A stretch of DNA of 64,000 bases from an uncultured Gemmatimonadales bacterium (lineage in GTDB: Bacteria > Gemmatimonadota > Gemmatimonadetes > Gemmatimonadales > GWC2-71-9): positions 773,472 to 837,471 of the forward strand of contig CAWFGG010000002.1 of assembly GCA_963815325.1 (NCBI GenBank), written 5' to 3'. Position 1 is the stretch's first letter. The number at the start of each line of letters is the position of its first letter. Positions 40,077-46,977 of this stretch are shown here, piece by piece. The notes below the pieces were generated by a model that was not told where the DNA came from, made no database searches, and saw nothing but the letters and a program-made list of their open reading frames with translations. Both the position numbers and the translations under genes were made by a program.

Positions 40077-41051
40077 ATGGATTCAAAACTCAAGGGCCGC
40101 GATTTCATCACGACTCAGCACTGGACCGTCGACGAGCTCGAGACCCTGTTCGCCCTGGCGGCGGAGCTCAAGGCTGCCAAGCGCAGCGGGAGGTCGACGC
40201 CAGTGCTTACGGCCAAGACGCTCTACATGATCTTCTTCGACGCGTCGACCCGCACCCGCAACTCGTTCGAGACCGGCATGACCCAGCTGGGTGGGCACGC
40301 CATTTACCTCTCGCCCGACAAGATGCAGATCAGCCACGGCGAGAACGCGCGCGACACGGCCAACGTCCTGTCGCGCTACGGCGACGGCATTGCCATCCGC
40401 CACTGCGCCTACGGCGAGGGCAACGCGTACCTGAACGACGTGGCCAAGCACGCCAGCATTCCGCTGCTCAACATGCAGTGCGACGTCTATCACCCGTGCC
40501 AGATCCTGGCCGACTACCTGACCATCCGGGAGAAGTTCGGCGACACCAAGGGGCTCAAGCTCGGCGTGTCGTGGACCAGTGCCCCGAACTACGTCCGGCC
40601 GCTCTCGGTGCCGCAGAGCCTGATCCTGATGATGCCGCGGTTCGGCATCGACGTGACGCTGGCCTACCCGCCCGAGTTCAAGCTCATGCCGCACATCGAG
40701 GCGCAGGCCAAGGCCAACGCCAAGGCGGCGGGGACCAAGTTCGAGATCTCCCATGAGTTCGACGACGCGTTCCGCGACGCCGACGCGGTGGTCCCCAAGT
40801 CGTGGGGCCCGTTGGTCACCACCGAGGACACGAAGCAGGGCTTGGCCCTGATCGAGAAGTACCCCACCTGGCGCACCGGCATGGATCACATGCGGCTCGG
40901 CAAGAAGCACCTGATCTACATGCATCCCCTCCCGGCCGACCGCGGCCGCGAGGTGACCGACGAGGTGATCGACGGGCCGCAGTCGGTGGTGTACGACGAG
41001 GCCGAGAACCGGCTCCATGTGCAGAAGGCGCTCATGGCGCTGACCATGTAG
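40077..41051 (+). CDS. ygeW: YgeW-like knotted carbamoyltransferase (short form)
   Basis: 324 aa. Motifs: FFDASTRTRNSFE, HGENARDTA, NMQCDVYHPCQ, LSVPQSL, VPKSWGP, YMHPLPADRG. These parallel the E. coli YgeW motifs as I recall them. Confidence 0.7.
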   Translation: MDSKLKGRDFITTQHWTVDELETLFALAAELKAAKRSGRSTPVLTAKTLYMIFFDASTRTRNSFETGMTQLGGHAIYLSPDKMQISHGENARDTANVLSRYGDGIAIRHCAYGEGNAYLNDVAKHASIPLLNMQCDVYHPCQILADYLTIREKFGDTKGLKLGVSWTSAPNYVRPLSVPQSLILMMPRFGIDVTLAYPPEFKLMPHIEAQAKANAKAAGTKFEISHEFDDAFRDADAVVPKSWGPLVTTEDTKQGLALIEKYPTWRTGMDHMRLGKKHLIYMHPLPADRGREVTDEVIDGPQSVVYDEAENRLHVQKALMALTM

Positions 41052-41063
41052 CGTGGTGACGTC

Positions 41064-42297
41064 GTGAGCGGCTTCCGGTTTCGCTGCACCGAGTGCGGCA
41101 CGGCGTATGGCGAGGACGACGTCCGGCTCACCTGTCCCGCGTGTGCCGGCAAGCAGGAGCCCGGCGGCGTCACCCGCGGCGTGCTCGAGGTGGAGATCGA
41201 CGAGCTGCCGACCCGTTGGCCCGATGTACCTCCGTCCCATCCCGATTTCCTGACCGCGTTCCTGCCGATTCCGTCGGCCGAGCATGTGCCGCCGCTTCCG
41301 GTCGGCGGGACGCCGCTACTACCGGTGCCCGAATTGCGTCGTGCACTCGGCATGCCGCGGCTCTGGCTCAAGGACGATACCCGAAACCCCAGCGGATCGA
41401 CCAAGGACCGGGCATCGCTTTTGGTGGTGGCCAAGGCCAAGCAGTACGGCTACCACACCGTGGCCGCGGCGTCCACGGGCAATGCCGCGACCGCGCTCGC
41501 CGCCGTGTCGGCCGCCGCCGGTACCCGAGCGATCCTGTTTGTGCCGGCCGCAGCACCCGAGGCCAAGCTGGTGCAGATGTTGAGCTATGGGGCCACCGTC
41601 TTGCCCATCGACGGCAACTACGACGACGCGTTCGAGCTGTGCCTCGCGGCCTGTGAGGCGTTCGGCTGGTACAACCGGAACACGGCGCTCAATCCGTTCA
41701 CCATAGAAGGAAAGAAGACCGCGGGTCTCGAGATCGCGCTGAGTATGGCGCCCGACGTGCCGGACGCGGTGCTGGTGCCAACGGGCGACGGGGTCATCCT
41801 GTCCGGCGTGGCCAAGGGATTCGCCGACCTGGTGCGATGCCGGGCTGATCGATCGCGTGCCGCGGATGATCGCGGTCCAGCCCGAGGGCGCGGCGGCGAT
41901 CGTCACCGCCCTGAAGGAAGGCAGCGAGACCATCACACCCGTGCCGGGTGCACACAGTGTGGCCGATTCACTCACGGTGGAGGCGCCGCGAAACGCGCTT
42001 CAGTGTCTCCGGGTCATTCGCGCCTCGGGCGGGAGCGGCGTCGCCGTACCCGACGCCGCTATCCTCGAGGCCATTCCCCGCCTCGCCGGCCTCAGCGGCG
42101 TCTTCGCTGAGCCGTCGGCGGCGGCGGTGTTGGCGGGGCTGGAGGTGGCGGTCGAGGAAGGATTGGTGGAGCAAGGCGAGCGCGTGGTGTTGCTGGTGAC
42201 GGGCACCGGGCTCAAGGACGTAGCAGCGGCGGCGCGAGCGGTGGAGCGGCCGGTACCGATTCCACCGACGCTCGAGGCTGTGGCGGCGAGGATCTGA
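41064..42297 (+). pseudogene. threonine-synthase-like PLP enzyme with N-terminal zinc ribbon, apparent frameshift near 41838
   Basis: FRCTECGTAY...CPACAG, then SGSTKDRAS (PLP Lys), STGNAA. ORF 41064..42110 derails after GFADLVR. ORF 41857..42297 continues (D)AGLIDRVPRMIAVQPEG...LLVTGTGLKD. Confidence 0.75.
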
Positions 42298-42304
42298 GGT
42301 TCTC

Positions 42305-43444
42305 ATGATGCCAAGAGTCATGCAGGGCTACAGTGGGCCTGTCCTCGTTCTGGCCATGCTGCTGTCAGCGTGTCGGACTCCCGACAACGCCTCACCCGCC
42401 AGCACGATCTGGCAACTCGACCCCGAACCCACCCTGACCCTCACCAGCGACCGCCTCCCCGAGGGTCACGAACTGAACGGCATCTATGCGGCGCTCGAGC
42501 TACCCGACGGCTCGCTCCTCATCGCCAACTCGGGCGCCCACGAGTTGCTCCTGGTCGACTCCGTCGGCCAATACCTGCGCACCATCGGCCGGAGCGGCCA
42601 GGGGCCCGGCGAGTACTCCGACAACCTCCAGCTGTTCCACGGCGCGGGCGACACGGTGGTGGTGTACGACGGTGCCGCCCTCCGGTGGACCTTCTTGACG
42701 CCTTCCCTGGAAGTGGCACGCACCGTAGTCGAGTACAACGCCGACCTGCCGAGCCCGAGCTGGCTGTTCCTGGGATCGCTGGTGATGGATGCCAAGATTC
42801 GGCAGAGCCGGGAGCGGGCCCGCGAGATCCTGACGCGCGTCCGGGCGCGCGACCCGGGCTTCGAGCACCTGCTCATCGCGAGACAGGACGCCCAGGGAGC
42901 GGTCTGGGTGCGGCGGCTCGACGACGCCCGGGAGTGGCAGGTGTACCAGGGCGGAGACACGACCTACGCCCGGGTCACGCTGCCCGCGGGCTTGGACCTG
43001 ATCGCAATCGGACGGCAGACGATCGTGGGCGTCACCCGCGACAGTCTGGGCGAGGAGCAAGTCCAGGCGCACCGCCTCGCCCGGCCGCCGGGCAGCAGCA
43101 GCCCCACAATCGTCGCGGAGGCGGAAGCCCCTGCCCCGGCGGCGGCGGCCGAGCAGCCGCCGCTGGCCCGAGAGCTGGTGAAGATGGTGGTGGCGCAGGA
43201 GGGCTACTACTCGGACCACGCCCGCTATGCCAACGTGGCCGACAGCCTCCGGGTTCGTATCGAGGGAGGGGGCCGGCTCTTCATTCTCTATGCCGACGAG
43301 CGCCACTGGGCCGGCGTGGCCGTGATGCCCGGGACCGGCCTGACCTGCGGCATGGCGGTGGGGTATCCGACGCCGGCCAGTTGGCAGGAGGGAGTCCGGT
43401 CTGCGACAGGTAAGGGGGTAAGTCGGAAGCGAGGAGAAGAGTGA
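42305..43444 (+). CDS. lipoprotein, possible beta-propeller fold
   Basis: Lipobox LAMLLSAC, and SGAHELLLVDSVGQYLRTIGRSGQGPGEY (NHL/6-blade-like). The last ~12 codons (GKGVSRKRGEE*) are encoded by the GA-rich repeat. Confidence 0.6.
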   Translation: MMPRVMQGYSGPVLVLAMLLSACRTPDNASPASTIWQLDPEPTLTLTSDRLPEGHELNGIYAALELPDGSLLIANSGAHELLLVDSVGQYLRTIGRSGQGPGEYSDNLQLFHGAGDTVVVYDGAALRWTFLTPSLEVARTVVEYNADLPSPSWLFLGSLVMDAKIRQSRERAREILTRVRARDPGFEHLLIARQDAQGAVWVRRLDDAREWQVYQGGDTTYARVTLPAGLDLIAIGRQTIVGVTRDSLGEEQVQAHRLARPPGSSSPTIVAEAEAPAPAAAAEQPPLARELVKMVVAQEGYYSDHARYANVADSLRVRIEGGGRLFILYADERHWAGVAVMPGTGLTCGMAVGYPTPASWQEGVRSATGKGVSRKRGEE

Positions 43445-43810
43445 GGAGTGAGGAGTGAGGAGTGAGGAGGCGGAAGGACGGCTCGCAAGCGTCGCGCGAG
43501 CGACGCCGTGCCGAGCAGCGGCTTCAGCCGCGAGGGGAGGCGGAAAGACGGTAAGTCGGGGAAGGCGGGAAGAGTGGGGAGTGAGGAGGGAGGAGTAAAA
43601 GGAGTGAGGAGTAAGGAGTGAGGAGGCGGAAGGACGGCTCGCAAGCGTCGCGCGGCGACGCCGTGTCGAGCAGCGACCGAAGGAAGTCCTTTAGGGCGGC
43701 TTCAGCCGCGATAGAAGAGACGGAAAGACGGGAAGGCGGCAAGGACTGATCGGCGCCTGTGAGGAGTAGAGAGTCAGGGATTGGGGAGTGGGCGGGACTA
43801 GGGAATACCC
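43417..43810 (+). repeat. tandem array (about 2.5 copies, 133-180 bp units) of a GA-rich plus double-hairpin element
   Basis: Unit 1 is 43417-43549, unit 2 is 43550-43729, and a partial unit runs to ~43810. Each unit has GGTAAGTCGG..GAAGAGTG(A/G)GGAGTGAGGAG heptamer-like purine tracts. Hairpin 1 is GCTCG-caa-GCGTCGC-gcg(a)-GCGACGC-cgtg(c/t)-CGAGC (43481-43516; 43637-43671). Hairpin 2 is CGGC-ttca-GCCG (43519-43530; 43697-43708). Confidence 0.8.
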
Positions 43811-44028
43811 TAGTGGGCGTCCTCGTGCTGTTGACAGCGCATGCCTGACACGGCAGTGTACCCAGAGAGCAGCGCAAGAGGGTACGACGATGAGCGTGCG
43901 AAGGACCGAGTGGCGACCTATGGACCAGTGCTTCGACTCTGGCCAGGCCGCCACTCGGCTTTTCAGTCTCCGTGGTGTATGCCGTACCGTCGGCGCTCAG
44001 CCCTCTTGCGCCAATTGACGGACAAGAA

Positions 44029-44440
44029 GTGGTAGCCTGCCGAGGTGTGGCTCTTGCGGTATTGGTGGTGATGTCCGGGTGTGCCGTCCCGAATCAGAGT
44101 CCCCACGCCTTGATAGTCGAACTCGACATCTTCAGTGGCCGCCCCAACCCCACCTGGGAACTCTCCAAGGAGCAGGCAGACGAGTTCGTGTCGCGGCTCA
44201 CGAATTTGCCACGGTGTGACCGGGTACCCAGCATCGGCGGCCTGGGCTACCGAGGATTCGAGATCCGCAATCTCGAAGGACGTGCCGATCTTGCAACACG
44301 GATTCGGGTCCTCAAGGGCTTCATCTACCTGATCGACGACGATCAGGCCGCGATGCTTCGAGGACGAGCAGGGGATCGAACCCTGGCTCATCGAGCAGGC
44401 CGAGGCACGTGGACTCGAAATACCAGGACGCGATAGATAG
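44029..44440 (+). pseudogene. small lipoprotein, DIFSGRPNP-motif family (paralogue A), apparent frameshift at ~44356
   Basis: Lipobox LAVLVVMSGC, then ALIVELDIFSGRPNPTWELSKEQADEFVSRL...GLGYRGFEIRN...LIDDDQAAM | FEDEQGIEPWLIEQAEARGLEIPGRDR*. The second part is in the +1 frame; the uncorrected frame is Arg-rich junk. The start is uncertain (43972/44029/44047). Confidence 0.5.
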
Positions 44441-44471
44441 GGCCGATACATCTCAGCATGCGAGGTGCACC

Positions 44472-44864
44472 GTGAAACTCAAGATCACCGTCGACGTGTT
44501 CAGCGGACGCGAGAATCCAGTCATCGAATTGGACCATCGCGCGAGCCTCCGGGCCCTGGATCGGCTGCAGCCCGACGAGGAGCTGTCGGCACGGGAGCGG
44601 AAGGTCCCGGAGGGGATGCTGAGGTACAGGGGCTTAGTGATCGAACAGATAGGCAGGGGAACAACAAGACTGCCAAGTTTCGCCTCGTCGATGGCAAGCT
44701 GCTCGGCCCGGACCTGGCTCATCGCGCAGCAGACCAAGGCTTCGAAGCCTACATCGGCGAACGTCGTCCGTATGCGACAGAGCCCCCGTCGCTTTAGCGA
44801 CGAGGTCCTGCCGCAGTTCTGCGGCTTCATGATCGTGATGCATGGACACATCAAGATCTCGTAG
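44472..44864 (+). pseudogene. small protein, DVFSGRENP-motif family (paralogue B), apparent frameshifts at G4 run 44656-44659 and C5 run 44783-44787
   Basis: VKLKITVDVFSGRENPVIELDHRASLRALDRL...MLRYRGLVIEQIGRG | NNKTAKFRLVDGKLLGPDLAHRAADQGFEAYIGERRPYATEPP | RRFSDEVLPQFCGFMIVMHGHIKIS*. It parallels paralogue A motif for motif. Confidence 0.45.
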
Positions 44865-44875
44865 GAGATACCACA

Positions 44876-45058
44876 ATGCCAAAGGCGCCACAGGCGGAGT
44901 TTCTGACCATCGCCGCCATCCGGAAGTCGCGCGGCCGGCGAGAAATCGAGTACCTGTTCAACGAGAAGCAACAGATCTTCACCTTCCGGTCGAAATCCAA
45001 GACGGCCGCGGCAGCGGCGGAGCGGCTCGAGGAGGCTTCGAGAAGAAGTGGCCGGTAA
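44876..45058 (+). CDS. small basic protein (60 aa) translationally coupled to the glutaminase gene
   Basis: ATG preceded by AGGAGA. Sequence MPKAPQAEFLTIAAIRKSRGRREIEYLFNEKQQIFTFRSKSK. Its stop (45056-45058) lies 11 nt inside the next ORF. Confidence 0.5.
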   Translation: MPKAPQAEFLTIAAIRKSRGRREIEYLFNEKQQIFTFRSKSKTAAAAAERLEEASRRSGR

Positions 45059-45830
45059 GGCCCGGCTCGAAATGACGAAGGGCTTCATCCGGCGCATCTC
45101 GAGGTCGACCGCCAAGGAAGTCGCTCAATTCGAGCGCAAGCGCACCGTCCTGGCCGATGCCGCACGGCCGCGCCGGATCGAGGTCGCCAAGATCGATCCG
45201 ACCACCTTCAACATCGTCGACCACTACCTCAAGCACCCGGTCTTCCGGCTCTGCCGCCGCGTGGTGCCGAGCTATCAGAGCGCCAAGACCATCTTCGACT
45301 TCTGCGCCAAACAATCGTGTCACCTGCCGGGGCCGTACGACATCTCACCCTGTATCCCGTTCCAGTACGTGCCGGACGGCTGCTACGCCCGGGCGCACAA
45401 GATGCGGTGGATCATCACCACCCGGTACCGCTACTGCTGCGACAAAGTGTTCAGCTTTGCCAATCAAGACAACGACCGGCTCGCGGTCCAGGCCAACAAG
45501 TGGGGCGGCTGCTGTATCACGTGGTGGTATCACGTGGCGCCGCTCATCCGCGTGCGCATCCGGTTGTCCAAGCTTCGCAACCTGAGCATCGTCCTGGCCA
45601 TGGTGATCGATCCCAGCATGTTCGACAAGCCGGTCCTGCTCAGCACCTGGCTGTCGGCCCAGGAGAACGCCGCCTGCCATCCCAACGCCCACGTGTCGAT
45701 GTACTCGATCCAGCCAGGCTCGGCCTATTGGCCGGCCAGCTACGACGGCACCACGTTCGGCACCGATCCGACCTACACGTTGACCGATGGGACACTCACC
45801 TCGTACCGGAACCTGGTGTCCTGCCCGTGA
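45048..45830 (+). CDS. protein-glutamine glutaminase (protein deamidase) family, no signal peptide
   Basis: SPCIPFQYVPDGCYARAHKMRWII (catalytic Cys), GGCCITWWYHVAPLI (His) and MVIDPSMF (Asp) align with my recollection of the Chryseobacterium proteolyticum enzyme (SPCITFRYPVDGCYARAHKMRQIL, CCVAWSYHVAILV, IIDPSLF). The N-terminal ~95 aa are polar and basic, with no hydrophobic leader. Confidence 0.75.
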   Translation: MAGKARLEMTKGFIRRISRSTAKEVAQFERKRTVLADAARPRRIEVAKIDPTTFNIVDHYLKHPVFRLCRRVVPSYQSAKTIFDFCAKQSCHLPGPYDISPCIPFQYVPDGCYARAHKMRWIITTRYRYCCDKVFSFANQDNDRLAVQANKWGGCCITWWYHVAPLIRVRIRLSKLRNLSIVLAMVIDPSMFDKPVLLSTWLSAQENAACHPNAHVSMYSIQPGSAYWPASYDGTTFGTDPTYTLTDGTLTSYRNLVSCP

Positions 45831-45947
45831 GGAGGAGACGCAAGGACATGGGGCTGCCGTGAACGGGACGAGCCGAGCCGGCCGAGAGCAGCCCCATTAC
45901 CGGATCATGCAGGTAGCGCAGGTCCGAGAACGGGAGGGGCAGACCAC

Positions 45948-46135
45948 GTGGGAGTGGTGTTCCTCGAGTCGGCCCGGTTCTATCGCCTCATGAGGTCGAA
46001 TGCGACGTTTGCAGAATCGTACGAGCTGCTGCAAGCGGCTCAGGAGCAGCTGAACTGCTCACGATCCGATTGCCGTCGATCGAGAGTGACATCATCGAGG
46101 GGGTATCCGCCGGGGTGCGTGAGGATGAGGAGTGA
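45948..46135 (+). pseudogene. stand-alone homologue of the protein-glutaminase pro-peptide (62 aa), apparent frameshift at ~46050
   Basis: GTG 45948 follows GGGAGGGG. Sequence GVVFLESARFYRLMRSNATFAESYELLQAAQEQ | ELLTIRLPSIESDIIEGVSAGVREDEE*. It resembles the pro-region segment I recall as KVSFMLTAQFYEIKPTKENEQYIGMLRQAVKNESPVHIFLKPNSNEIGKVESASPEDV. The uncorrected frame ends in Arg/Ser junk. Confidence 0.4.
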
Positions 46136-46150
46136 GAGGGGTCGCGGCGG
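46121..46150 (+). repeat. short GA-rich GAGGAGTGAG tract at a gene 3' end
   Basis: GAGGATGAGGAGTGAGAGGGGTCGCGGCGG. It supplies the (frame-corrected) TGA stop at 46133-46135. Confidence 0.5.
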
Positions 46151-46211
46151 TTGGTTTTCGAGTTGATGCCTGCTATCTAGCGCGCGCATCGGTTGCGTGG
46201 GGAGGACGAGC

Positions 46212-46557
46212 GTGTCGATCCTGACTAAGCGCGTGTACGAGGAGGCCTCCTCGGCCGACGGCCGTCGTATCCTCATCGATCGGTTGTGGCCGCGCGGAAT
46301 CTCCAAAGCCACTGCCCGGGTCGACTACTGGGCCAAGGAGGTGGCACCGTCCACTGAGCTCAGGCAGTGGTATCGCCACGACCACGACAAATGGCCTGAA
46401 TTCAAACGCCGCTACTTCGCGGAATTGGAGGCCGAGCCCGAGGCCGTGCAGGCGCTCCGGCGATCGCATGGGGCGCGGCAGGACGACCCTGGTCTACGGC
46501 TCGACGGAGCGGATCTACAACAACGCAACCGCGCTCAAGGAATTCCTCGAGCGGTGA
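46212..46557 (+). pseudogene. DUF488 family protein with an apparent frameshift near 46475
   Basis: [70 protein letters not shown] is classic DUF488. The C-terminus continues in another frame as [26 protein letters not shown]. Confidence 0.8.
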
Positions 46558-46620
46558 CACAAGAGTGAGGAGTATGGAGCAAGGAGGGAATCGGGAAATT
46601 TGGAGCAGGGACCCGACTTC
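46558..46620 (+). repeat. short GA-rich tract (GAGTGAGGAGTATGGAGCAAGGAGGGAATCGGGAAATTTGGAGCAGGGA)
   Basis: It lies directly 3' of the DUF488 stop and shares the GAGTGAGGAGT core with 43441-43470 and 50177-50200. Confidence 0.5.
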
Positions 46621-46642
46621 CTGGCGACACCCTACCGAGCAA

Positions 46643-46908
46643 CTACCCACCGGCGATACCGCCGATGACGAGGAACGGCTCGCTGCCCGATGCAGTCGGG
46701 CAGCGGGGCGTCCGGCGGTTGGTGGGACAGATCCTCCTCACAGGCAAAGAACCTGAGGAACGGCCGACGCTCCCGGGTGCCGTGGTCGCGGATCGTCCCG
46801 CGCAGCATCGGATAGCGGGCCTCGAGCGCGTCGAGCACGGCGCGCGCCGTCGGCGGTCAGAATGAACGCGCCCTTCCTCGTGCCGACCAATACACGGACC
46901 TTGCTCAT
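46643..46908 (-). pseudogene. MoaD/ThiS-like ubiquitin-fold protein ending in GG, two apparent frameshifts (~46845, ~46690)
   Basis: Three minus-strand frames join: [23 protein letters not shown] | [52 protein letters not shown] | [15 protein letters not shown]. Confidence 0.6.
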
Positions 46909-46977
46909 ACACTTCTCCCGTCTGGTCTGTTCACCAATGAGCCGCGGTAGTTCTCATACCCAGGAGGTCGGTTCTGT

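Noticed and set aside
31124-42297. Looked for in-frame TGA (selenocysteine) codons or SECIS-like hairpins in the SDMH-like cluster.
   Set aside because: All seven genes read through without in-frame TGA, apart from the two 1-nt frameshifts. Selenium in this enzyme class is thought to be a labile cofactor rather than Sec, so nothing is expected or seen.
43417-43810. Possible CRISPR array, because of direct repeats containing palindromes.
   Set aside because: There are only ~2.5 long (133-180 bp) units that are contiguous with each other, with no short-repeat/unique-spacer periodicity and no cas genes in the window.
44369-44385. Minus-strand sequence CAGGGTTCGATCCCCTG, a perfect tRNA T-arm-like motif.
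   Set aside because: No complementary acceptor stem or anticodon arm could be built from the flanks. It lies inside the coding sequence for ...EQGIEPWLIE...
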